A stretch of DNA of 64,000 nt from Thermodesulfobacteriota bacterium. GTDB lineage: Bacteria; Desulfobacterota; Binatia; Bin18. Within the stretch, counting starts at the first letter, position 1; each line of letters starts with the position of its first letter. A model generated the notes under the pieces. That model was not told where the DNA came from and did no database searches. It was given only the letters and a program-made list of their open reading frames with translations. The stretch is taken from assembly GCA_964291405.2 (NCBI GenBank), contig OZ219926.1:4257958-4321957 (forward strand), written 5' to 3'. Position numbers and translations under genes: made by a program. This document shows positions 1 to 8,651 of this stretch, in pieces.

Positions 1-442
1 CTCGCGAAACAATCACCCCAACGCCAACAATGGAGATCACAATGCCCAGGAGAATCTTAGCTGACATTTTCTCTCTCAGAAATATGGCTGCCAGGAGCGC
101 AATGGCAATCGGCGACGCTGCATTGAGCAGGGCCGCATTCGTGGCCGTGGTTAAACGTAGTCCCTGATAACTGCCGCCCACAGACAGCAGATAGCCGGTG
201 AAACCGAGAAAAAGAAAACTGCCAATCAGGCGGGGTGTCCAGTTGACCGGCATCTCTTCCGCGTCGTTCTTGCGCTGAAGATAAAGAAAGAGGAGGGCCG
301 CGCCAATGGTTAGACGAATGGCCGCAAACGTAAAGGGCGGGATGCTGCGCAGGGCGACTTTCCCGGTGGGAAACAGGCCGGCCCATACCAGGGCCGTCAG
401 GATCATCAGCAGCAGGGCGCGGCGTTGGGGGGATAGGGCCAT
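1..442 (-). CDS. EamA/DMT-family transporter, N-terminal part (gene continues beyond the left edge)
   Basis: Own translation of the minus strand from ATG 442-440: MALSPQRRALLLMILTALVWAGLFPTGKVALRSIPPFTFAAIRLTIGAALLFLYLQRK...GYLLSVGGSYQGLRLTTATNAALLNAASPIAIALLAAIFLREK... It has consecutive hydrophobic helices in an EamA-repeat pattern. It is open to position 1, so it is absent from the ORF track. The listed ORF 57..590 is its antisense shadow. Confidence 0.7.
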   Translation of the reverse strand, partial: MALSPQRRALLLMILTALVWAGLFPTGKVALRSIPPFTFAAIRLTIGAALLFLYLQRKNDAEEMPVNWTPRLIGSFLFLGFTGYLLSVGGSYQGLRLTTATNAALLNAASPIAIALLAAIFLREKMSAKILLGIVISIVGVGVIVSR

Positions 443-489
443 GTGAACGCGGGGTAAATCGTAGGCAGGTCAAATCGAGTGGAATAACG

Positions 490-1512
490 CTAGCGCAGGG
501 CTGGCATGATTTCTTTGGCAAACACCCGCACGGCCTCTCGATCGTACAGGCCCGGACGACGCAAATTAATAATGAAGTGGGTGACGCCAATATCGATATA
601 CGTCTGGAGTTGGGCGCGGATCTCAGCCGGTGTGCCGGCGAGAATAGTCTGACGTGCCTCTTCTTCAGTCAGACCCCGTATGGTCATGGCGCGTTGCAGC
701 ACCTGTTGCAGCGCTTCGGGGCTCGGGTTGAGGTACATCGGGGTCAGGTAGGAGCGCTCAATTTCGCTACAGTCTCGGTTGATGTCTTGGCAGTATTGTT
801 CAAGCACCTGATTCTTCTTAGCAAACTGGCCGGGCGAAAGAATCGGCGCATTCCACATCTGGGCATAGCGGGCGACAATCGGCAGAGTCAACTTTTCACC
901 GACCCCGCCAATCATAATCGGCGGCATTGGTTGCTGCACCGGCTTCGGGACAAACGGCGCGTCCACCAGTGAGTAATATTTGCCCGCATGCGACGCGGTC
1001 GGGCTGGCTTGCCAGAGCTTGGTGATCACTTGCAGCGCTTCGTCCAGACGGCGGGCGCGGCCTTTCATCGTAGAGAACTCGACCCCATAGGCTTCGTGCT
1101 CACGTTTAAACCAGCCCGAGCCGATACCAAAAATAAGCCGGCCGTTGCTCAGATGGTCCACCGTGGTCGCCATTTTTGCCAGGATGGACGGATGGCGAAA
1201 GGTATTGCTCGTCACCATACAGCCAATCTGGATTTTTGAGGTGGAGGCCGCCATCGCTCCGAGCAGGGTCCAGGACTCAAGCATGGCCCCGTCTGACGGA
1301 CCCACACTGGGCAGCAGGTGATCGTTCACCCATAAAGTATCGAATCCCAAGGCCTCGGCTTCCTGCCACACGTCCCTGAGTTCTTCGACCGTGGTTTGCT
1401 GTTGCGCGACTTGCAGGCCAAAGCGGATGGACGGCTTCTTGTCTTCGGCTTGCACCGGAACGTTCAAGAGCACCAGACAGGCAGTCACGAGCCAATACAC
1501 AGACGTACGCAT
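490..1512 (-). CDS. LLM-class (luciferase-like) flavin/F420-dependent oxidoreductase with N-terminal signal peptide
   Basis: 340-aa ORF with LLM strings GFDTLWVNDHLL, ESWTLLGAMAASTSKIQIGCMVT and NGRLIFGIGSGW. ATG 1512 is preceded by GGAGGGGG. The N-terminus MRTSVYWLVTACLVLLNVPVQA/EDKK reads as a Sec-type signal. Confidence 0.85.
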   Translation of the reverse strand: MRTSVYWLVTACLVLLNVPVQAEDKKPSIRFGLQVAQQQTTVEELRDVWQEAEALGFDTLWVNDHLLPSVGPSDGAMLESWTLLGAMAASTSKIQIGCMVTSNTFRHPSILAKMATTVDHLSNGRLIFGIGSGWFKREHEAYGVEFSTMKGRARRLDEALQVITKLWQASPTASHAGKYYSLVDAPFVPKPVQQPMPPIMIGGVGEKLTLPIVARYAQMWNAPILSPGQFAKKNQVLEQYCQDINRDCSEIERSYLTPMYLNPSPEALQQVLQRAMTIRGLTEEEARQTILAGTPAEIRAQLQTYIDIGVTHFIINLRRPGLYDREAVRVFAKEIMPALR

Positions 1513-1607
1513 AGGATATCCCCCTCCCTGGCACGCCTACCAGCTATACCGGGACGGCTCAAGTTCCTGGACGTGAGATGCAAGGGGGGGAGATGCAGAA
1601 GAAGAGC

Positions 1608-2618
1608 CTACACCCCACTGCGGGCTTCTCCCCCCGGTATGTCTTCCTGCTCCACCTCAAACCCGGCGGCTTCAACGAGTTGATGGGCGTCTTGGGCCTG
1701 CTGGCCTGGGGTGGTGAGATAGCCTTCGACAAAAATCGAGTTCGCCGGATAGAATGCCAGCCCCGACCACTGGCCGAGATAGAGTTCGCGTCCCGCAGCC
1801 ATGCGGATTTCGCTGCGCGGATTCAGGAAGCGCATCAGGCAGAGCGCCTTAAGCCCACGGACGGGATTGAAGTCTTTGCGCGAACCGAGCGGCGTACCGT
1901 CAATAGGATACAGAAAATTGACCGGCACGGAGTCGATGTCCAGCGCCCGGACGGCGTAGGCCAATTCGACCACGTCCTCGTCTTCTTCCCCCATACCGAT
2001 AATGCCGCCGCTACATGTGGACAGCCCGGCCCGCTTGACGTTTTTGACGGTCTCAACCCGATCCTCATAGGTATGCGTTGAGCAGATCTCCGCGTAAAAC
2101 TCACGGCTGGTGTTGAGGTTGTGGTTGACCCAGCCGACGCCAGCGTCTTTGAGCGTACGAGCCTGGGGTTCGCTCATGAGTCCTAGAGAGACACAAATCT
2201 CCAGACCGGGAAACTCGGCTTTGATCTGGCGGGTCGCTGCGGTCAGATGGTCAATATCGCGCTCATTGGGGCCACGTCCGCTGGCGACCATGCAATAGCG
2301 CCGCGCGCCAGCCTGGGCGGCCTTGCGGGCACCGGCAAGCAGTTCGTCCGTTGAGAGCAGGCGGTATTTGTCAATCGGAGCTTTGGAGATGGAGGACTGG
2401 GAACAATAATTGCAATCTTCCGGGCATAAGCCGCTGCGAGCGTTTTGTAAGACGCAGATTTTGACCTTTCGCCCAAAGAACTTTTCTCGCACCGTGAAGG
2501 CCGCCTGCAGCAGGTCGGATAGCTCCTCGTCGGCGGTCTGTAGGACAGCGAAGGCGTCTTCACGCGACAGTAACTCGCCGGCTAATGATTGGGTCGCGAA
2601 GTGCGAGAAGCTATTCAT
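1608..2618 (-). CDS. bioB: biotin synthase
   Basis: Radical-SAM motif CPEDCNYCSQS, plus YCMVASGRGP and GLSTCSGGIIGMGE. The start is placed at ATG 2618 (AAGGGA about 7 nt upstream) rather than the TTG at 2639 used by the ORF track. Confidence 0.93.
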   Translation of the reverse strand: MNSFSHFATQSLAGELLSREDAFAVLQTADEELSDLLQAAFTVREKFFGRKVKICVLQNARSGLCPEDCNYCSQSSISKAPIDKYRLLSTDELLAGARKAAQAGARRYCMVASGRGPNERDIDHLTAATRQIKAEFPGLEICVSLGLMSEPQARTLKDAGVGWVNHNLNTSREFYAEICSTHTYEDRVETVKNVKRAGLSTCSGGIIGMGEEDEDVVELAYAVRALDIDSVPVNFLYPIDGTPLGSRKDFNPVRGLKALCLMRFLNPRSEIRMAAGRELYLGQWSGLAFYPANSIFVEGYLTTPGQQAQDAHQLVEAAGFEVEQEDIPGGEARSGV

Positions 2619-2662
2619 ACGGTTTTCCCTTTCCGTCAAAGCGCGCTGCGCAGGACTCTGCT

Positions 2663-3370
2663 CTATCCGAGCAGTCCGGGAAGATCAACTGCTGTGGCGA
2701 ACAGCTCGCTCAGTATCCTGCGGTCCCGGTCGATGTCTTCGCTCAGCGTAAGATGAGGAATAATGCCACGGCACGGTACATCAGTCAGGCCGGCCAAGGT
2801 TGCCGCGTTGGTTTTGATGGCATCATCCGCGGTCTGGGTCGGATGGTTGAGGATATAACCAGCCAGAGGTAAACCACGGGTCTCAATACAGTGCAGCGTC
2901 AGCAAGGTATGATTCAACGCCCCCAGCTTTGAGCCGACTACGACGAGAATCGGAATCCCAAGATCGCGAGCCAAGTCGGCAAATGAGTAGCGGCCTACGA
3001 GCGGCACCAGCAGACCGCCGGCACCCTCTACCAGCGTCACCTCGTGCTGGTTGGCAATCGACTGAAAAACCTTGACAATCCGCTCCGGCCGGATGGTCAC
3101 GCTGGCCTGCTCGGCCGCCACACTCGGGGCGACCGGTGGAGAAAAACGGTAGGGACACACGGTCTCAAGAGATAAGCTGCTGCGGGCATAGCCAGCCAGA
3201 CGCATGGCGTCGTCCGGGTACAGAACCCCGTCTCGTCTATCGCAGCCGGTTTCTGCCGGCTTGAGTACGCCCACCCGTTTGCCTTGGGCGGTCAGGGCCG
3301 CGGCAATGCCACAGCCCACCAGAGTCTTGCCGATGCCGGTATCCGTGCCGGTGATAAACAGGCTGGTCAT
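2663..3370 (-). CDS. bioD: dethiobiotin synthetase
   Basis: P-loop ITGTDTGIGKT at the N-terminus, 235 aa. Its start codon overlaps the bioA stop (ATGA at 3367-3370). Confidence 0.9.
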   Translation of the reverse strand: MTSLFITGTDTGIGKTLVGCGIAAALTAQGKRVGVLKPAETGCDRRDGVLYPDDAMRLAGYARSSLSLETVCPYRFSPPVAPSVAAEQASVTIRPERIVKVFQSIANQHEVTLVEGAGGLLVPLVGRYSFADLARDLGIPILVVVGSKLGALNHTLLTLHCIETRGLPLAGYILNHPTQTADDAIKTNAATLAGLTDVPCRGIIPHLTLSEDIDRDRRILSELFATAVDLPGLLG

Positions 3371-4722
3371 GTGACGGTCTGAATGGAGGTGTGGACAACA
3401 TCGAGCAGGTGTGACAACTCAGCCTCGGTAATACTAAGCGGCGGCATGAGAACGATGATGCTGCCCAACGGCCGAATCATTACTCCGTGCCTGCGGGCCT
3501 CCTGGATGACCTGAATGCCGATCTTCTCAGCAGGATTATAGGCAACCTTTTTGGCCGGGTCGCGCATCAATTCGATCCCGACCATCATGCCCCACTGCCG
3601 AATGTCGGCCACATGGGGGAGGGGGGCGATATCGGTCTGGAGACGTTGGGTCAACAGGGTGATCTTGGGCTGCAAGCGCTCAAGGATCTGCCCCTCGGCA
3701 AAAACCTCCAGGCTGGCCAGAGCCGCGGCGCAGGCCACGGGATTGCCGGTATATGTATGGCCGTGAAAAAAGGTCTTGAACTCTTCGTAGGGCGCGAGAA
3801 AAGCGGAAAAAATTTCCTCGGTTGCCAGGGTGGCCGCGAGTGGCAGATAGCCGCCGGTAATGCCCTTGGCCACGCAGAACAAGTCCGGACTGACGTTCGC
3901 ATGTTCGCAGGCAAACATTTTTCCGGTGCGGCCAAACCCGGTGGCCACCTCGTCACAGATGAAGAGGACGCCGTACTGCTGCGTGAGCTGTCGCAGAGCA
4001 CGCACGTATTCGACCGGATGCGCCCACATTCCGGCCGCACCCTGCATAAGGGGTTCTATAATCACGGCTGCCAGCTCTTCATGCTGCCGGGCGAGTGTAT
4101 GTTCGGCCTCTTCCTGGGCTGCAGCCAGCGCCTGCTCGGCAGACATACCGCGCACAAAGCGAAACACATGCGGCGGGGTCAGCCGGACTGTATCTGCCAA
4201 AAGGGGCCGATAAAAATGATGAAAAAGTTCGGAGTAGCCCACGCTGACCGCGCCCAGGGTATCGCCGTGGTAGGCTTCGACTAAGGAGGCGAATTTTGTG
4301 CGCCGGGTTTCTCCACGCAACTGCCAGTACTGAAACGCCAGTTTAAGTGCGATTTCCGTGGCGGTGGCTCCCGCGTCCGAATAGAACACACGGGTCAGCC
4401 CGGACGGCGCCAGTTCAACCAGTTTTTTGGCCAGCAGTATGGACGGGATATTGGCCAGCCCGAGCATGGTCGAATGCGAGATCCGGTTGACCTGCTCGGT
4501 AATGGCGGTGTTGAGGCGGGGATGGGTATGGCCGTGAATATTGCACCATAACGAAGAGACCCCGTCCAGATAGCGTTTGCCGTTGACATCAATCAGATAA
4601 TTGCCTTCGCCCCTGGCAATTATAATCGGGTCTTCCTGCAACCAGTCTTGCATCTGGGTAAACGGATGCCACACATAGCTATGATCCCAGGCTTTGAGGT
4701 CGGCATACGACGGGCTGCTCAT
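3367..4722 (-). CDS. bioA: adenosylmethionine-8-amino-7-oxononanoate aminotransferase
   Basis: Class-III PLP aminotransferase (VWHPFTQM, EPLMQGAAGM, FICDEVATGFGRTGKMFA). The 546-aa ORF-track version carries a 95-codon non-homologous 5' extension inside bioF. ATG 4722 overlaps the bioF stop (ATGA at 4719-4722). Confidence 0.92.
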   Translation of the reverse strand: MSSPSYADLKAWDHSYVWHPFTQMQDWLQEDPIIIARGEGNYLIDVNGKRYLDGVSSLWCNIHGHTHPRLNTAITEQVNRISHSTMLGLANIPSILLAKKLVELAPSGLTRVFYSDAGATATEIALKLAFQYWQLRGETRRTKFASLVEAYHGDTLGAVSVGYSELFHHFYRPLLADTVRLTPPHVFRFVRGMSAEQALAAAQEEAEHTLARQHEELAAVIIEPLMQGAAGMWAHPVEYVRALRQLTQQYGVLFICDEVATGFGRTGKMFACEHANVSPDLFCVAKGITGGYLPLAATLATEEIFSAFLAPYEEFKTFFHGHTYTGNPVACAAALASLEVFAEGQILERLQPKITLLTQRLQTDIAPLPHVADIRQWGMMVGIELMRDPAKKVAYNPAEKIGIQVIQEARRHGVMIRPLGSIIVLMPPLSITEAELSHLLDVVHTSIQTVT

Positions 4723-5891
4723 CGAATCCCGACCTCCTTGCCGGCTGCGGCAAACGCGTCCAGCGTGCGCGACAGGTGGTCCTGGGTGTGAGTTGCCATG
4801 GGGGTCACGCGAATACGCGAGGTACCCTCCGGAACGGTTGGTGGGCGGATGCCGTGGGCAAAGACGCCACGCTGGAGGATAGCAGCGGCCACGGTCATCG
4901 TCTCGCGTGCCTCGCCGATGATGACCGGCAGAATCTGCGAGCGGGTCGCGCCCAGCGTATAGCCGATCGAATGGAGTCCGTCTGCCAACACCTGGGTGTT
5001 GGCCCACAACTGTTGTCGCCGCTCAGGCTCCTGCTCCACAATATCGAGGGCGGCGAGGACCGCCACCGCGACCGCGGGTGGAATCGCCGTGGTATAGATG
5101 AAACTCCGCGCCCGATTCACCAGCCAGTCAATCAGCTCGTGACTGCCGGCCACAAAGGCCCCCACGCAGCCTAGGGCCTTGCCCAAAGTGCCCATCTGGA
5201 TATCGACCCGCTCGGTCAGGCCAAGTTCTTCGACCAGGCCGCTACCGTGTGGCCCGAACACGCCGGTTGCGTGGGCCTCATCAACCATCACCCAGGCGTC
5301 ATACTGTTGGGCCAGGCTGACAATCTCCGCTAGTGGGGCCAGATCGCCGTCCATGCTGAACACGCTGTCTGTCACAATCAGGCGCTGGCCGGTCGCTGGG
5401 CACGCTTTCAGCAGTTCACCCAGATGCTCGGTATCGGTGTGACGATAGACCCGAGTATCAGCCCGTGACAGGCGGCAGCCGTCAATGATGCTGGCGTGAT
5501 TCAGGCTATCGCTCAAGATCGTATCGCCCGGTCCCATCAGGGCGGACAGGACCCCGATATTGGCGTGATAGCCCGTCGGAAAAACAAGAGCGGCCTCTGT
5601 TTTTTTAAGTATGGCAAGGCGGTGTTCCAACTCGTGATGGACAGCCATGGAACCGGAAATCAAGCGCGAAGCGCCGCTGCCACAGCCATACTGCGCAATC
5701 GCCTCTTGGGCCGCTTGCTTGAGGGCCGGATGATTGGCCAAACCCAGGTAATTATTGGAAGAAAACAGCAACACCTCTTGGCCTTCAAGGACAATGGCCG
5801 CGTCCTGCGCACCCTCAACTGCGCGTAGGCGACGATACAAGCCGTTCTCTTTCACCTCGGCCAGCCGGGCCGTGAGTCTCTCTTTACGCAT
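4719..5891 (-). CDS. bioF: 8-amino-7-oxononanoate synthase
   Basis: 390 aa with alpha-oxoamine synthase strings SSNNYLGL, VDEAHATGVFGPHG and GTLGKALG (PLP lysine). It is the first gene of the co-directional bioFADB string. Confidence 0.9.
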   Translation of the reverse strand: MRKERLTARLAEVKENGLYRRLRAVEGAQDAAIVLEGQEVLLFSSNNYLGLANHPALKQAAQEAIAQYGCGSGASRLISGSMAVHHELEHRLAILKKTEAALVFPTGYHANIGVLSALMGPGDTILSDSLNHASIIDGCRLSRADTRVYRHTDTEHLGELLKACPATGQRLIVTDSVFSMDGDLAPLAEIVSLAQQYDAWVMVDEAHATGVFGPHGSGLVEELGLTERVDIQMGTLGKALGCVGAFVAGSHELIDWLVNRARSFIYTTAIPPAVAVAVLAALDIVEQEPERRQQLWANTQVLADGLHSIGYTLGATRSQILPVIIGEARETMTVAAAILQRGVFAHGIRPPTVPEGTSRIRVTPMATHTQDHLSRTLDAFAAAGKEVGIR

Positions 5892-5906
5892 GCGCGCTCA
5901 TACTAC

Positions 5907-5930
5907 CCTTTTGAGAACTCGATCAAAAGG
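5907..5930. promoter_or_regulatory. 24-bp palindromic site in the divergent bioF / thioesterase intergenic region (candidate operator)
   Basis: CCTTTTGA-gaactcga-TCAAAAGG. The perfect 8-bp arms lie at 5907-5914 and 5923-5930. The site sits 16 bp from the bioF ATG and 15 bp from the thioesterase ATG. Confidence 0.4.
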
Positions 5931-5944
5931 TGGTACGAGGAAAC

Positions 5945-6388
5945 ATGCTTTCACCCGTTGAAAAACTGAACGCCGCCCTGCGCGAAAACCGGCCCGAAGG
6001 CTATGTCACACAAGCGCACCGGGAGATTGGTCTGCGGCCGGTGCGGTTCGGTCCTGGTACGTCCGAATGGGAGTGGGACGCCAGCCACCCCCGCGTGTTG
6101 AATCCGTTCGGCTATGTGGCCGGCGGCTATCTGAGCGTTTTTGCTGACGAGTTGCTGAGCAGTGCAATCGGGTCGGTCATGGACGAGGGCGAATTTGCCA
6201 CAACCGCCGAGCTGAAAATCAGTTTTCTCAAGCCGGTCAAGAAGGGCCTGGTCAAAGGGGCGGGTAAAGTCCTGCGGAAAGGCCAGCGGGTCGCCTTTGT
6301 TGAAGCGACCATCCACAATGCACAAGATGAGGTTGTCGCCACGGTGAGCAGTACCTGGACCGTGGTGGCAACAAAAGGGGCAAAATAA
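5945..6388 (+). CDS. PaaI/4HBT-type hotdog-fold thioesterase
   Basis: NPFGYVAGGYLSVFADELLSSAIG, TTAELKISFLKPV and GQRVAFVEATIHN match the PaaI family pattern. ATG 5945 is preceded by GAGGAAAC; the ORF track starts at GTG 5930. Confidence 0.75.
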   Translation: MLSPVEKLNAALRENRPEGYVTQAHREIGLRPVRFGPGTSEWEWDASHPRVLNPFGYVAGGYLSVFADELLSSAIGSVMDEGEFATTAELKISFLKPVKKGLVKGAGKVLRKGQRVAFVEATIHNAQDEVVATVSSTWTVVATKGAK

Positions 6389-6413
6389 CGAACCGAAGAA
6401 AAGAGCGTCAAAA

Positions 6414-6510
6414 TCCCCTCTTGGGAGGGAAAGAGGAAACGTGTCAACATCTGCCTGTTCTTTTGAAGGACACGCTTTGTGCCGCGTAGCGGCGGGGTGG
6501 GTTCCTCGTG
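6414..6510. repeat. Small palindromic intergenic element, partial copy (family 1)
   Basis: Shares an exact 25-mer GTGCCGCGTAGCGGCGGGGTGGGTT (6479-6503) with 27824-27848. It also shares the CCCCTC-N4-GAGGG hairpin motif. Its right end GGGTGGGTTCCTCGTG is the reverse complement of the left end of the 27752 copy. Confidence 0.7.
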
Positions 6511-6600
6511 TATTCTCGCTGAGCGGTGTGATACGGAGATAAAAACCCCCAGATCAGACTCGCAAGCCAAACTGACCTGAGAGAAAAAGGAGATCAGCGT

Positions 6601-7047
6601 ATGGGTATTGTCGAACGGTTCCTGGAATATGCACAGGCTTTTGAAGACGCGTATGACAGCGATGACTGGTCGCTGCTTGAGCCTTATTTCACCGAGGACG
6701 CGGTATACGATTTCATTGCCGGGCCACCCCTGGGCGGACGGCATGACAGCCGGGCCACGATCCTGAGCGATTTTCAGGTCGCGGTGAATGGCTTCGACCG
6801 TCGCTTTACCTCACGTCGCGTTGAATTCGCTGAGGGACCAATGGAAAAGAACGGCGAGGTCTGGATGCGCTGGGTTGCGACTTACACCCTGGACGGTGCG
6901 CCCGACTGTCGCATGGAAGGCGAAGAGCGAGCCGTCTTTGAGGACGACCGCATCAGTCTGCTGGAAGACAAAGTCTCTGATGAGGAATGCCAACGTCTGG
7001 TCGCGTATCTGGAAGCGCACGGCGGCAAGCTGAAACCCGTGGCCTGA
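6601..7047 (+). CDS. SnoaL-like / NTF2-fold protein
   Basis: 148 aa. MGIVERFLEYAQAFEDAYDSDDWSLLEPYFTEDAVYDF... is the typical SnoaL/ketosteroid-isomerase-like N-terminal pattern. Confidence 0.6.
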   Translation: MGIVERFLEYAQAFEDAYDSDDWSLLEPYFTEDAVYDFIAGPPLGGRHDSRATILSDFQVAVNGFDRRFTSRRVEFAEGPMEKNGEVWMRWVATYTLDGAPDCRMEGEERAVFEDDRISLLEDKVSDEECQRLVAYLEAHGGKLKPVA

Positions 7048-7139
7048 GCAGTGCCCGAAAAAATAGAATTGAGCATACACGGACAGATGGGCCCGCAGGA
7101 ACTGCGAGCATAGGAAGATACACAACAGGAGGATTTGTT

Positions 7140-8228
7140 ATGCAAGTCGGGACAATCGCACTCTTTCAACGCTATGGCTATGACGACAGTGTGACGGACA
7201 GCCAGGTCTACCGGGAAGAGTTGGCTCTGGCCTCGCAGCTAGAGGAACTCGGTTATGATTCGCACTGGTCTGTGGAGCATCATTTTGAGGACTACTCCTT
7301 TTGTCCCGATAACGCCGTCTATCTGGGCCATCTGGCGGCCATCACCACAACGCTCAAGCTGGCCACCGGCGCGGTCATCGTGCCGTGGAATACGCCGCTG
7401 CGTTCAGCCGAGAAGGTTGCGCTGTTGGACGAGCTGTCGAACGGCCGGGTGATCTTTGGTATGGGTCGCGGCTTGTCACGCCGGGAGTATGACCAGTTCG
7501 GTATTGATATGGACACCTCACGGGAGCGTTTTGACGAAGCTGTGCCCATGATTCTCAACGCCCTGGAGACCGGCATTATTGAGGGCAACGGGAAATATTA
7601 TCAGCAACCACGGGCGCCGATTCGTCCCAAGCCCACGCGGACATTCAAGGGCCGCACGACCCAGGTGGCGATGTCGCCCGATTCGGCCCTGGAAGCGGCC
7701 AAGCACTGCGCCCAGATGATGGTCTTCACCCAAAAGTCGATTGAGGAGCACAATGCGGATTTTGAACCCTATCGAACTCTGTTTCGCGAACTCCACGGCA
7801 TTGATGCCCCTCCGCCCATGATGGCCGGCATGTCTGTCTGCCACGAAGACGCTGGCCGGGCCGAGGAGCTGGCCCACAAATACATCGCCGGCTATCTGCT
7901 GTCGGCCATGCACCATTACGAACTCATGGGCGATCACTTCAAGAATGCCAAGGGCTACGAAGCTTATGGCGACGCCGTAGACACGCTGCGTGAGTTGGGC
8001 CTTGAAGGTATGGCCGAGATGTATGTCAACGCTCAGGCCTGGGGCACCCCGCAGCAGATTCTGGACAAGCTGTCCCACTGGCGAGAGGTGGTCGGACGGT
8101 TTGATCTCATCTTCGGCTTTCGCGGGGCCGGGATGCCGTTCGAGGATGCCGAGCGCTCACAGCGTTTAATCGCGCAAAAAGTTATTCCCGAACTCCGGCA
8201 ATGGGACGTTGAAGCAAAGGCGGCCTAG
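7140..8228 (+). CDS. LLM-class flavin-dependent oxidoreductase
   Basis: EELGYDSHWSVEHHF, NGRVIFGMGRG and a conserved C-terminal half. ATG 7140 is preceded by AGGAGG. The ORF-track start at 6987 overlaps the previous gene and is non-homologous. Confidence 0.85.
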   Translation: MQVGTIALFQRYGYDDSVTDSQVYREELALASQLEELGYDSHWSVEHHFEDYSFCPDNAVYLGHLAAITTTLKLATGAVIVPWNTPLRSAEKVALLDELSNGRVIFGMGRGLSRREYDQFGIDMDTSRERFDEAVPMILNALETGIIEGNGKYYQQPRAPIRPKPTRTFKGRTTQVAMSPDSALEAAKHCAQMMVFTQKSIEEHNADFEPYRTLFRELHGIDAPPPMMAGMSVCHEDAGRAEELAHKYIAGYLLSAMHHYELMGDHFKNAKGYEAYGDAVDTLRELGLEGMAEMYVNAQAWGTPQQILDKLSHWREVVGRFDLIFGFRGAGMPFEDAERSQRLIAQKVIPELRQWDVEAKAA

Positions 8229-8351
8229 GCCGTTTGTTTCGTCCGCGTTCGGCTCTTTGAAGGAATTAGGAAAAGAGCGGTGGGGTCTGGATGAGGTGGG
8301 CCGCGGTCTACAGGTCTGTGTTCCCACCGATTTGATCCAGTATGACTTTTT

Positions 8352-8651
8352 GTGAGGAAATACGTGAGCCACGAGTTCGAATGGGATAAGAACAAGAATC
8401 GAGAAAATCAGGAGAAGCATGGCGTCGCATTTGAAGATGCGCAGTACGCCTTCGCTGATCCGAATCGCGTGATCGCCAAAGACGTGACCCATAGTCAGGA
8501 AGAGGAGAGGTGGTATTGTTTTGGCAAGGTCGGAGCGGGTATCCTCACCGTTCGGTTTACCTATCGAGGCAACATTATCCGCATTATCGGCGCTGGGTAT
8601 TGGCGGAAAGGAAAACAGACCTATGAAAAAGAAAATCACATACACGGATGA
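8352..8651 (+). CDS. brnT: BrnT-family (DUF497) toxin
   Basis: FEWDKNKNRENQEKHGVAFEDAQYAFADPNRV...IIRIIGAGYW is the BrnT signature. The non-ATG start (GTG 8352 or 8364) is uncertain. Confidence 0.8.
   Translation: MRKYVSHEFEWDKNKNRENQEKHGVAFEDAQYAFADPNRVIAKDVTHSQEEERWYCFGKVGAGILTVRFTYRGNIIRIIGAGYWRKGKQTYEKENHIHG

Noticed and set aside
57-590. 177-aa minus-strand ORF from the track
   Set aside because: Its text is Pro/Arg/Gly/Ser-rich with no family resemblance. It lies out of frame on the same strand as the clear EamA-type reading frame (1-442). It is treated as a shadow ORF.
4723-5007. 5' extension of the bioA ORF (546-aa version)
   Set aside because: The extra 95 codons lie inside bioF, are Arg/Gly/Pro-rich, and precede a canonical ATG whose position gives an ATGA overlap with the bioF stop. 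The extension is not coding.
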